NCBI RefSeq assembly: GCF_000485595.1
Contig: NW_014577067.1
Coordinates: 173,563 to 237,562, forward strand
Origin: Priapulus caudatus
Taxonomy: Eukaryota
Direction of reading: 5' to 3'
DNA: 64,000 bases
Both the position numbers and the translations under genes were made by a program. Shown one piece after another: positions 24,699 to 37,131 of the stretch (position 1 is its first letter; every line of letters starts with the position of its first letter). The notes beneath the pieces were generated by a model. The model was not told where the DNA came from. It made no database searches and saw only the letters and a list, made by a program, of their open reading frames with translations.

Positions 24699-25400
24699 GT
24701 AAGTTCATTGCATACATCGTGCGATCATGCAGGGAATCTTCGTCTGTGATTGTGCTGTGGTTGTACATCAAGTGCCGAACCCTGAACATTGTGGGTTGTA
24801 TCGATGCGTGTCACTCGCAGGCCGTACTGCACTGAACGAGTAGTGAACATGTGGTGCAGGTGTTAGTGAAAGACAGAGACTGATATAATACTGTAGTTAA
24901 CTATATCGTTTAACCATGAGAACGATATTGGGAACACTAGCATATATATGATCTCCGCGATCAGAAATCCTACATAATCATATATATAGCGTACGCGCGT
25001 ACTGACGATCTGACGTATTCTGTAACATATAATCAGGAGTAAAGTAATGCTGTGTTATGTTACTCCCAGTTATATGAATAGGTACTACAAGTAAATGCAA
25101 TTAATCTCGTGTTATATTTATTACTATTTAAAATATATAACAATGATGTGTGTATATCCCGTGTTATATTTTTAAAATACTAGCTGGTCTTTGAGAGCAA
25201 TGACATTTCCTGATGGTAAGTTATTCTTTTCAGAGACAGCGCGTGAATGTATAAGAGTTAGCCATTGCATACCAGCACTACATACATGTGTGTCAGCAGA
25301 AGGCGAGGAGATGACCTAGTCATGGTTGAGCAGCATTAGAAAATTAACCGGCCAAGTTGTCTAGATTGTGGGAAAGCCGCTGCTGCTACAGCTGGTAAAG

Positions 25401-28400
25401 ATGGATGGCCGGACTATGTACGGCCTAATACATTGGAGGACGAAAATGAAAATGTTCCTCCTATTCCTGATCGTTTTCCATGGCACTCTGGTGCTAGGTG
25501 AAAGCGAGAACGAATCCGTCGGAGTGAATTACCTGAGCACGGTGACCGAGAAAGTGTCGCTGAGGGTATCTGAAAACCAACCCAGCGGCACGTTCATCGG
25601 GAGAATTCCCGTGAAGCCGGGCTTCCAGTACAGGTTCAACGACAACCCGGCGTACTTTGTCCTGAACGGAACGACGGGCGAAATCACGACGAGAGTTGTC
25701 ATCGACAGGGAGAACCTAGCCGAAGACGTGATGAACCTAGTCGTGCTGAGCAGCCATCCGACGTATCCGATAGAAGTGAAAGTGACGATCGCCGACGAAA
25801 ACGACAACTCGCCGGAGTTTCCCGATCGCATGTTCAACATCAAGTGGTCGGAGAACGCCGCCGTCGGCACGCAGTACATTCTTGATACGGCGAGCGACGC
25901 CGACAAAGGCGTCAACGGAATATCGACGAACTACGAGATCGTCTCGGGCAACACGGACGACAAGTTCACGCTGGCGATAACGGCAAGTCTGAGCGGCGAC
26001 GAAGTCTACCTCTACCTGGAGAACCTCAAGCTGCTCGACAGAGAAGTGACGGACAACTACGTGCTGAACATCTCAGCGCGGGACGCCGGAACGCCGGCGC
26101 GCTCTGGCCACGCGATCGTCAACGTGACGGTGATCGACTTTAACGACTCGCCGCCGACCTTTGACCACAGCGAGTACGCGGTGAGCATCTCTGAGAACGC
26201 GGCGGCCGAGGCGAGCGTGATGCGGGTGCGTGCGACGGACGCGGACGTCGGCGCCAACGCAGAGGTCAGCTACTACATAACCGACGACACGGAGCAGTTC
26301 GCGGTCGAGCGCGACACGGGCATCGTGCGCACGCTGCACGACAAGCTGCGCTGCAAGAAGAACATCTGCGTGTTCACGGTGCAGGCGAAGGACCACGGCG
26401 TGCCATACCTGACGGGCCGCGCCTACGTGACGGTGAACCTGATCGACGAGAATGACCACAGCCCCGAGATAACGTTCCGCTATATCCCGGCTACGTCCGA
26501 TTACGCGACAGTCAATGAAAACGCGCAGGATGGCACCATTGTTGCGCTTATCAGCGTCGTTGATAAGGACGAGGGTGACAATGGTAGGTGCTCTGTAGCC
26601 ATCAAGGAGGGAAACGAACTGGGTGCTTTTCGCTTGGAGGACGCCTTTGGCTGGAGCCTGCTGAAAGTCAACAAGCAGATCGACAGGGAAGAGAACAGTG
26701 TGTACAATCTGACGATCCTAGCGTGGGATCACGGCGAACCGCCGCGCGAGTCTTCCGAGAACATAATCATCGTCGTCAACGACGTCAACGACCACACGCC
26801 GACGTTCCTCAAGTTGGAGTACGTCGCCGTGCTATCGGAGTCCGTGCCGACGGGGAGCTTTGTCGCGAGCGTGTCCGCGACCGACGCCGACACGGGAATC
26901 AACGCGAAGCTCACGTACAGCATCGTGTCCGGCGACAGTCACGGCTGGTTTGCGATCATCGCCGACTCGGGGCTGATAACGACGGCGCGCCGGCTGGACA
27001 GGGAGTCGTCCGCGATGATGACCCTCAACGTGTCCGTGAACGACGGCGGGCCGAGTCCGCACATCAGCTACGCAAAGGTGACCGTCCAGATCCTCGATGA
27101 GAACGACGAGACGCCCGCGTTCACGGAATCCGTCTACAACGTGTCGGTGTCCGAGAGTCTCCCGCCGGGCAGCGCCGTTGCCGCAGCAACGGCGATCGAC
27201 AACGACGACGGTCCAAACGGAACCGTCGTATACGCGTTCGACTCGGACGTCGAGATGAAATATCCGGGAACGTTCCTCCTCGATTCGGCGACGGGGAAGA
27301 TCTCCACGCGCGTGCTGCTGGACAGGGAGAAGCGCGACTTCTACAGTCTGGGCGTGATCGCGAGAGACGACGGCCGGCCGCCGCTGTCCTCCTCCGCGGC
27401 GGTGCACGTCACTGTGACCGACATCAACGACAACTCCCCCATCTTCTACCCGACGCACTACTTTGCGAGCGTGCTCGAGAACCTCCCCGCGGGCACCATC
27501 GTCACGAAGGTCGACGCTTACGACCTTGACGCGGGCAGCAATGGGCGCGTGCACTACGAGATCACGGGCGGCGCCGACGGAAAATTCCAGATCGATCCGG
27601 ACAGCGGCGCGATAAAGACGAGCGCGAGCCTCGACCGCGAGGTGACGCCCGTCTTCAAGCTCACGCTGCGGGCAAGGGACGCCGGCGGCAGGGAGAGCGC
27701 CGAGCTCGCAATCGTCGAAATCAAGGTCAGCGACGTGCACGACACGCCGCCGGCATTCTCGCGTCGCCGCGGTTACGGCTTCAGCATCGTCGAGGATGGA
27801 GAGCGGCCCGACGTCGGGCGGTTCGTCGGGGCAGTCGAAGCGACGAGCACGCTGTCGCGGGCGACCGTGTCGTACGCAATCGCATCGGGCGACCATCGCG
27901 GGATGTTCCGCGTCGACGCGAGCAGCGGGGCCATCAGCACAGCAAAGCCGATCGACCGGGAGCAGGAGTCCGTCTACCACCTCATCGTCGTCGCGTCCGA
28001 CGGGTCCGTGCCGGCGAAGACCAACGTGACGGTGACCGTGCTGGACGTCAACGACAACGCGCCGTACTTCGCGAGCCAGTCCGTCGACGTGCACGTCTAC
28101 GAGAACTGGCCCGTCGGACACGAGGTGTACGTCGTCGACGCGCGGGACGACGACGAGGGCGGCAACAGCCGCATAACGTACGAGCTCGAGGACAACCCCG
28201 GCGGCATGTTCCGCATGAACGCCGTCACGGGCGCCGTGTTCCTCAACAAGCCCGTCGCGTCGTCAGCGCGCGAGATCTACCACGCGAAGGTGCGGGCGAG
28301 CGACAACGGCGTGCCGCGGCTCTCGAGCAGCCTCCGCGTCGCCGTGCACGTGCACGACGTCAACGACCACACGCCACGCTTCACGAGGCCCGCGTACGCG

Positions 28401-30572
28401 ACATCCGTGCGTGAGTCGGCGCCGCTCAACCACCGCTTCATCACCGTCGACGCGCGCGACGACGACACGGGGCCGGACGGCGTTGTCTCCTACGCGATCA
28501 CGGGCGGCAACGCCGACGGAAAGTTTGGCGTGTTTCCCGACGGGTTCCTGTACGTGCAGAGCGGGTTGGACCGCGAGACGAGGGACCGCTACGAGCTGAC
28601 GGTCACCGCGACCGACCACGGCCTGCAGCCTCGCAGCTCGACGGCGCGCGTCGTCGTGCACGTTGCCGACGACAACGACAACGCGCCGGCGTTCGGCAAC
28701 GCGACCTACGCGTTGCGCATCGGCGAGAATCTCCCGCCGGACACGCTGGTTGGTGTCGTCTCGGCGACCGATGCCGACCTCGGCCGCAACGGCGAGGTGT
28801 CGTACGCGATGGCGACGCGGCAGGGCGACTTCGCCGTCGACGCGCTGACCGGAGAGATCCGGACTCTCCGGGATTTCGACCGGGAAGTGCTCGTCGAGCT
28901 GACCGGAGACGACTTCTTCACCGTTGAGGTGTCGGCGTATGACAACGGCGTTCCCCGGCTGCGCTCGCACGCGACGGTCGTCGTGTACGTCGTCGACGCG
29001 AATGACAACGCGCCAGCGTTCGACCAGGACGTCTACGAGATATCCGTCTCCGAGAGCGCGCCGGTCGGAGCGCCGCTGCTGCGCGTCTCTGCGGCGGACG
29101 CCGACGCCGGCGCCAACGGCGACGTAGTCTACGATGTCGTTGGCGGCAACGAGGAGCGCGCGTTCGCGATCGACTCCGGCAGCGGCAAGGTGCGTCTCGC
29201 GCGGCTGCTCGACCGCGAGACGGCGTCTCGCTACGAGCTCGTCGTGCGGGCGCAGGACGGTGGCGAGGACGTGCATCTCAGCACGACTGCGCTCGTCGTC
29301 GTCATCGTGCAAGACGCCAACGACAACGCGCCGACGTTCTTCGAGCAGACTTACGGCGCGCGCGTGTCCGAGGCGGCCCTCGTCGGCAAGAGCGTCGGAC
29401 GCGTGGACGCCGTCGACGACGACGAGGGCGACAACGCCGTCGTCACGTACGCGATCGTCGCCGGAAACCAGTATGAGACGTTCGGCATCGACGGCCGCAC
29501 CGGCGAGGTCTTCCTCGCCAAGCGTCTCGACTACGAGCAGCTGTCAACGTACACCCTCAACGTCTCCGCGGCCGACCACGGCGTACCGGCGCTCACATCG
29601 TCCGTCGCGTTCGTCGTCGACGTCGAAGACTTCAACGATAATGCACCGGTGTTCTCGTCCGGTCCTGCGGTGAGACAGATTCTCGAGGGCATTCCGATCA
29701 ACAGCGCCGTGTTCACGGTGTCGGCGACGGACCGGGACAGCGAGAACAACGGCCGTGTCGAGTACTCGATCGTGAAGCAGGAGCCGAAGGGCGCTCACTT
29801 CCGCATCGACGCGCAGACGGGAACAATCTACACGAACGGCGAGATCGACCACGAACAGCAGGCGATGTTCAAGCTGATCGTGCGCGCGAGCGACATGGCC
29901 GACGCGCCGGCGGACCGGCTCGCCGCGACCAAGCTCGTCACGATCCTCGTCGAAGACGTCAACGACAACGAGCCCAAGTTTGTCTCCATGGACGCTGCGG
30001 TGGTTCCCTCTACCGCGCCGAGCAACCACCTCGTGACGAAGGTCGCCGCGGAGGACGCCGACGACGACGACTTCGGGGAGGTGTTCTACGAGATCGTCGA
30101 TGGCGACCGCGACGTCTTCCAGCTAGATGGCAGCACGGGGTACCTGTACACGCGCTCGCCGCTCGCCGTCGACGTCGCCACCTACTCGCTGAGCGTTCGC
30201 GCGTCGGACCGCGCGCGCCCGCCGCAGCGCCGCGCCGCGTCATCACGCGTCACCGTCATCGTCGCGGACGAGGACGCCGCGAAGCCGCCGGCGTTCACGC
30301 GCCGTCGCTTCCGCCGCAGCATCCCGGAGAACGAGGCCATCGGCAGCTCGGTGCTGTCCGTCGCGACGGAGGGCGAGACGGACGACATGGAGTTCTTCAT
30401 CACCAACATTTCGGCGAATGGCGTGCTGCAGCCGCGGCTGTTCGCGATCGAGGAGAAGACGGGGCTGATGAAGACGGCCGACGTGCTGGACGCGGAGCTC
30501 GGCGTGCAGGTGTTCTACATCGACATAGTCGCAGTCGACAAGAAGTCCCTGCACAGCGTCGGCGATGCACAG
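25401..30572 (+). CDS. FAT4: Fat (FAT4/ft-type) giant atypical cadherin, first coding exon (1724 codons; signal peptide plus EC1 to most of EC16); gene continues beyond the window
   Basis: Signal peptide MKMFLLFLIVFHGTLVLG; 14 DxND-type linkers plus one non-canonical linker. EC1-2 sequence (ENQPSGTFIG.I..KPGF.YR, IDRE.L..DVMNLVVLSSHPTYP.EV, ILDTASD.D.G.NG) resembles FAT4/ft rather than Dachsous or FAT1. Phase-0 donor CAG|gtaggg at 30573. Start could be ATG 25401, 25416 or 25446. Confidence 0.92.
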
Positions 30573-30670
30573 GTAGGGAACCAGTAGTCAAACCTGTGTG
30601 CGTGCGTGCGTGCGTGCGTGCGTGTGTGTGTATATGCGTGTGTACATGGGTGCGGGTGTGTGTATAATAT

Positions 30671-30709
30671 CAAGAGCGTATAAAGAAGGGTCTTCTTTAT
30701 ACGCTCTTG
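30671..30709. mobile_element. 39-bp TIR hairpin/footprint with perfect 7-bp TSD ATAATAT
   Basis: caagagcgtataaagaag-ggt-cttctttatacgctcttg; flanks 30664-30670 and 30710-30716. Confidence 0.8.
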
Positions 30710-30769
30710 ATAATATATATACATACATATAAGAATGACGCCAGGGAATCAACCCTAAAAGTGTCCTAT

Positions 30770-30980
30770 GAAGACAAGTGTTCTTTATAGTTAGGCGGCT
30801 TTTTATAGACATGTCTGCTACCTCTAACATTACTGTACAACCAAATCTGTATACGTATGTGCATGTGTATGTGCGCGCGCGCGTGTGTGTATATAAACGG
30901 TCAATCAATAGTAACCTCGAAGGCTCCTTTATAGACAGGAGGCCGTTCTATAGAAGTGACCGCTAACACAGGTTTGGCTG
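30770..30980. mobile_element. Decayed Tc1/pogo-like MITE remnants
   Basis: Right end ...gtgaccgctaacacaggtttggctg with repeated tatagac motifs; matching left-end-like words caaacctgtg (30589) and caaccaaatctgt (30838). Confidence 0.4.
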
Positions 30981-32139
30981 TTGATGTAATGTTATCGGCT
31001 AAACCTTCACTGTTATTTCTATAGATCCCCCTCACTTAATTCGATGTCCATGGACCGGCTGCTAAATGACCACTTCCACGGTTGTTTTCTAGCGTCTGGT
31101 GAGATCTATCCTCCGGCTAGTTGGCCACGTGTTTATGTGGCTAAACCCTAACGATATCATGTTCAAGTGCGGGAGGGTCAAAGAAGGCTAAATGCATTGC
31201 AGCCTGTGTGTGTATGGACGGCATGATATATGTGCGTGTGTGGCCTATCGGCATGGATACATACTCACTCAATATACTCATATATATATATCCGAACATT
31301 ACCGAAACAGTTGTCGCAGGCATGAATTGATGCAATGTGCACATCTACTACGTTTACATCGCCAGATGTTCATTCGGAACAGCTCTATCCGGCTGTGTTG
31401 CGTGACAGAGCTGTTACCGAGTAGCACTTGTATAGAGAAACAGTAGCCCCTCTAAATTTCCACAGGGTAAGCCGTCCGGTAGAATCGGGGCAGGTTTTAT
31501 GTGAAGCAGCGCGTTGGAAGTGTGAGATATGCTACTACTAGTACTATAGATCGGATTGACGCTGGCACGGTTCTACAAAGTAAACGGCGCGCCTCGCTTG
31601 CGAGCCGATTTTAACGGTTCAGCAAAGTGTTAACTTAAGCAGGCGGCGCATAAGAACTTGGAATTTAGAGATAGGCTAGTTAGAAGTTCACGTGAAGTTG
31701 TCTGTGTGTAGCCAGCATGCGTGCCGGTCTCGAGCTATCTTTACTTTAGTAAGTTACGTCGCGGGCGTAAGTGTTTAAAAACACATGATACTTTACGAGA
31801 ATGCAGAAAGACAGCTTCTGGCTAACGAAGCTATCTCAGCGTGCGCCTAGACTGTTTTTTGCCCTCATCGTAATTAAATTCATGTGCTCTAAAAATAACG
31901 ACAAGGCGAGCCACTGCACCCGGAAGCTTTCCCGCTTAATGACATTTTACGTCGTCGCCTAGACCCTACCTGATTTCTGTAAGATACGTGCATTTACTCT
32001 TCTGTGTTTGCGCTTAATTGTATTGCTCTTCCCCGCCTCCACCTTCTATGTTTCTCTCGTTTTATTCCCCCTCTCTTGAACGCTCTCTTTCTCCCCCTCT
32101 CTCGCTTTATCTATCTATCCATTTCTCTCTATCTCTCGC

Positions 32140-32152
32140 TCTCACTCGCTCA

Positions 32153-32236
<84 letters not shown>

Positions 32237-32252
32237 TCCGTCTTTCTGTCTT

Positions 32253-32292
<40 letters not shown>
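32140..32292. repeat. (CT)n microsatellite
   Basis: Direct reading. Confidence 0.95.
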
Positions 32293-32295
<3 letters not shown>

Positions 32296-33103
32296 CCCCT
32301 TCCATTTCTTATAGACGGCACATCCGCATATAATTTTTTGCGTACTCGTTAATCTGCCTGTGATGCCATATCCGTCATTTATCCACGTGTATGCTTCTGT
32401 TATTAACATCTGTCAACGCCTACCCGCAGTGCTGAAGCCCTATACCATATACAGTAATGTATATACATGTGCGCGAGCAGGAGCGCATACATTCCCCATG
32501 CATGTAAGCTGTCTTACAGGCTGCATGAAACCATCCAGAAATTCAGTTGAGACAACAGCTGCCAGTAACATTATTGCGGTCGCTGTTCTTTTTGAAGCCC
32601 GTATTTCGTTATCAACGAAAACATCCGATTTATTAATTCGTTGTAGTGCTGCTCTTAGGGGTAGTACTACTGTCGCAGTTTTTAAAATCTGGGAAAATCA
32701 GTCACTGAAATTCCTGCAGCGATTTAGATCACGAGCTGTCATTGGTCTTAGAAACCTATTTCTAGCGTCAATATTTTCGTTTCGTAAGTTTTTGTGGTGA
32801 GAGTGTTTAGCGCGAGTGCTGAAATAAATGTTAGAGCTGAGATATGCGGGCATCAGTGAAGGCAATGCGCAAAAAAATCCAGAGAATCGTGCATGCAACG
32901 TAAAGATATCTCCGTTTTTGGATACACATCTATGTAATGTTGTTGTACAAACCTCGTCGCTAGTATCCTATTATATTACAACCTACTTACCTACCTACCT
33001 ACCTATACCAATCTACCTGATTGGTTACTTATTTCCCTACCTGCGATCTTCAGCTCCCTATATAATAATGCAGCATATATACAGTGCATGCTATTTTCTA
33101 TCA

Positions 33104-33383
33104 GGCCAAAACAAAATATAGGTGTGGTTGCCATTTCATGCTGGAAAAAAATAGGGTAATTGGGTAGGGAAAACATTATTTTATTGAAACATTTTATTTA
33201 CGAACCATGTCCGAAGGATGTGCGTTGTGCCTTTTAAAGCAGGAACTGTCCAATTCATTTTTTTATTTTATTTTTAAATTTTTTTTTTACTTTAAAGAAA
33301 ATTGGCAATAAAATGTTTAGGGTTGCTGGGAATAAATAGGGTCGGTCGGGAAACGGTAACCACACCTATATTTTGTTTTGGCC
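33104..33383. mobile_element. PIF/Harbinger-like MITE
   Basis: 29-bp TIR ggccaaaacaaaatataggtgtggttgcc / ggtaaccacacctatattttgttttggcc; 3-bp TSD TCA. Confidence 0.85.
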
Positions 33384-34282
33384 TCAGCTGTGTGCGGGAA
33401 GCCCCCATGACTGGTTGTAAAGCTTCTAAAGCATCTCCCCGACGGCTGTGTGTGTCTGTGAGTCTGTGTGTGTGCGTGTGGGTGGGGTGCTGTATTATGA
33501 AATACGTGGATGCTTCTAATGCGGGAGCGTCTTATTACGTCGGGCATTCTATCGAATTGCGACACACGAACGAACGCGTAGACATAGATAGATTCCTGTT
33601 AGATAGAGATACCTGTCTGGTATTGTCATTTCTACGCGAGCAGAGGAACGTTCTACGCTTAGTGTACTATCGAAAATATTGTATCTCTACACATTTACAT
33701 GGTTTAGCATTTTTATTACTTTGCTCAACTCGCTCATTAACTCGGTGAGTCAGCAGTTTAAGTTCCTTTACCTTTATAATCCTCCACCAAATATTAGCCG
33801 AAATGAAAGTGATTAAAAGTGGCTTTGTTAGGGTTTTTTCATTACCACTAACGGCATCTACCCTGGACAAACCCGTTTGCACTCAGTCATAGGTTACTAT
33901 ATACTCACTGTATAGCCTGCCATGGGGTATGCCGCGGGCAAACCCAGCACGAGATCTGTTTGCTTGCTGAAGGGATCTCTATCATGATCGTTGCTCACGG
34001 CCTGGAGGCGACAACCCTTGTTTTTCAAGATCGTATGAAAATGACACATCCGAGCAGAACACAGATCTCTTATATTACCCCCACCCCCACCCTCCGCTGG
34101 TAATTAGTATGCATTTTGAAAAACTGAAAGCAAGCGATTAATGGTGTAATGATGATGATGACTAGTGGGTGTAATGTTTGCGTTACTGCACTGCTTCAGT
34201 GCGGCCAGGAGATGTTAAACCTTTACTTTCATTTGCTACGGCTGAAAAACGTGTACGTATGAGTAAGCATATTATACCAACC

Positions 34283-34350
<68 letters not shown>

Positions 34351-34730
34351 AAACAGTGTATAAAACAGTAGCACCTTATATTAACCAAAATGCACTAAAT
34401 AATAGCACATTAAATGTTAGTGTGCGCGTTTCTCTGAAAGAGAGTTTTCTGGATGAGAAGCAGGGATTATTCTTATTTAAGCAGAATCAGCCATGCTTTG
34501 CTCTGACACCGATCCTGTCGTAGGACGATGAAGGCGAGTACAGTGTTCATCTTCTGAGCACAGCACCGTACGGCGTACCCAACTTTATATTCGTAGAACG
34601 CTCTTCCTTCCACAAAGCCGCTAACCGTAGAAACGTAACTATACGTCCAATCTATAGATGAACATATATATTAACCCAACTATTATATCATTTCTATGTC
34701 GTTGACGTACCATACATATATCGGAGTAAA

Positions 34731-34797
34731 GTTGGCCAGTGGGGTGCGAACCCACGATAGTTAGATGAGCGACAGTCTGCTACACAGCGAGCTACCA
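34731..34797 (-). other. tRNA-derived (SINE-head-like) fragment
   Basis: Minus strand ggtagctcgctgtgtagc...gtgggttcgcacccc has A-box-like and B-box-like words but no intact cloverleaf. Confidence 0.35.
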
Positions 34798-35372
34798 TCA
34801 CACGATATTGCGTACGCGGATTGTTAAAGCCCTAAGATCAAATCTCCGATATCTGCGCTGGGGAAGGTAATGGGGACTGTAGCCCTAATATCGGTTATTA
34901 TCGCCTGCCAGCTAGACTCCTTTGTTGCCCCGCATCACGAGTACACCACGCAGAGATTAGGGGATAGTCGCGAGTGCCTCCCTTCACCTTACACTCGCAC
35001 GGTCATCGATGGTTGTTGGGGTTTGCTGTGTTGCTGATTTCCCAGCAACTAAATTCGTACGTGTAGGTTCTCCTACTGCTTATTTATATAATGACACACT
35101 AGTTTTCTCTAACATCAAACGTCTAGTACCGTCCTAGTCCTAATACTAGTGCCAAACGCAGGACTACATTAGTACTGTATAGTCCTATAGTACTAGTCCC
35201 CTTATATAAAATATAATTGTATTTTCTCTTAGAGGGATGTCTATAGGTACTTAAAGCTTGGGGATTTTTAACAGGTAGTTTAGCAGCTAATGAAGGTGAT
35301 GCTATAATGTACATGTATATATGGCCGGGGTCACAGGCACTTGGAGCGTTTCAATAAATATAGGGCCTAATG

Positions 35373-35817
35373 CTAAATAAATACGAAATCTATTTACTAC
35401 TAAAGTCATAAGTGTTTCTCTACTCTCTTTCACCTATTATTGCCGACAATTTTCCTGTAAATGCGTCCAAATGCTGATCTGCAACACACACTGGCTGCAG
35501 CACGCTAGCTGCTGCACACTGACACATAAATATATATTTTATAATTATATTTTATTTTATAATTATATATATATTTATATTTATTTTTTTATATTATATT
35601 AATTATATATATATATTTTATAATTATAATATATATATAATAAATGAATAATATAACTATATATTTATGTGTCAGTGTGCAGCAGCTAGCGTGCGGCAGC
35701 CGTGTGTCGTTGCAGATGAGCATTTGGACGGCATTTACAGGAAATTGTCGGCAATAATAGGTGAAAGAGAGAGAGAACATTAAGACTGGTAATTAAATAG
35801 ATTTCGTATTTATTTAG
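35373..35817. mobile_element. Foldback element with ~160-bp inverted arms and an almost pure A/T spacer
   Basis: ctaaataaatacgaaatc...ctgacacataaatata is mirrored by tatttatgtgtcag...gatttcgtatttatttag. Confidence 0.8.
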
Positions 35818-35828
35818 GGCATATATTT

Positions 35829-37131
35829 CAGGGTGAAAACTGATAATTGGCGGTACTGGTCCAGCAGGACCAGTGCCTCTGAGGAAGCACTGGTCCTTGG
35901 TCAGTAGGCACTGGTCCAGGATTTCTGTCGTAGCAAAGTGAATGACTCGGATGTGGGACGTTTTTATATATGGGGGATGGTGGCAATTTGATGATGTGCA
36001 TTCTTAAGGTATTCTTAAAAATATTTTTTTAGTCGTTTTGTAACACTGATGCGTAGTAAATCGGAACAAGTCCGCAAGTCCGATTTTCAAAGATCAGCGG
36101 TCTCTGATAGACCACCCATTATTTCCTATAAATTTATCATATTTTATTACGCGATTGCTGTTGGTCGGGGATGTCCGGTATTATCTAATCATTTTTTTGA
36201 TAGTGTATGAAAAAAAGAGCCTCTCGTAATTTTTTTACGGGAGCTATTTTAGCTGGCCAGAGCTACTCAGCATTCAACATTCAGCACCCAGTATCAGACT
36301 ATCAGTGTTAAGAAATCTCAACAAATTGCATTCGATCACTTTTTTTAAATCTCATTTCACTCGACTAGAAACCAATCACATTCTTATTCAATTTAATTCA
36401 CACAGGCAGACATGCACTATATACACTGTATACACAGTACACATAGTTTTTGTTACTTTGAGTAGTTAAAAAACTTGTAGCTGGAATCTCTCTAGGAATG
36501 CCGGGAGCTTCTGGGCAAGGTTTTACTTCTGTTTTCTCCTCCCAGTCCACGGTACCCCCATGCATAGATCAATGCTGCCGCACGTCGCCGCAAAGTTACA
36601 AGTGATCTAGAATCTTAAGTATATACAGTTTACATTGCTTCTAGATATCTAAACTGAATAAAAATAGTCCACTTTCGCATTCCACTTTCCAATACTTGAA
36701 TAGTCCACATGAAAATGACGAATTCAGTTAACAGCTTTGATTACGTGCGTGTCAGGTGTCACTGGTCGTGCCCTCACCCCCCACGATAACACCTGCGATA
36801 TAAAAACTTATTGTTATGGGTAATATGCGGTCATAAAAACACTCGGCTGCACTACTTGCCTGCGCAATCGATTTCTTAGACCGTCGCGAGTTTTTGTTCG
36901 TGTGGCGAATCATGCGTTGAGGGAGTTCATGCAGCTCTAGAAGGTTTGGATACCCCGTCTACGTTGAGGAACGGGTCGTGTTATGTGCTCCCGTTTACAA
37001 GTCTGTATTTTTCGCTGCTGTGCGGCGATTATCTAGTCGCCCCGCCGGACCAGTTGACACAAGCAAGCAGTCGCCCGGTAGATTTTCTAATCGCCACTGG
37101 CGACTGGGCGACCGCTAGTTTCTTCACGCTG
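35829..37131. mobile_element. hAT-like non-autonomous element with 5-bp TSD
   Basis: Termini cagggtgaa / ttcacgctg; TATTT on both flanks (35824-35828, 37132-37136); subterminal repeats actggtcc on the left and gtcgcc/ggcgac on the right. Confidence 0.55.

Noticed and set aside
25034..25069. Additional CAGGAGTA hairpin
   Set aside because: Right arm and flanking repeat too degenerate to count with the footprint family.
25216..25233. GTAAGT 18 nt upstream of the Fat acceptor
   Set aside because: Too short for a spliceosomal intron; no upstream exon evident.
26073..30591. Long antisense ORFs over the Fat exon (429 aa, 349 aa and others)
   Set aside because: Codon-bias shadows of the cadherin frame.
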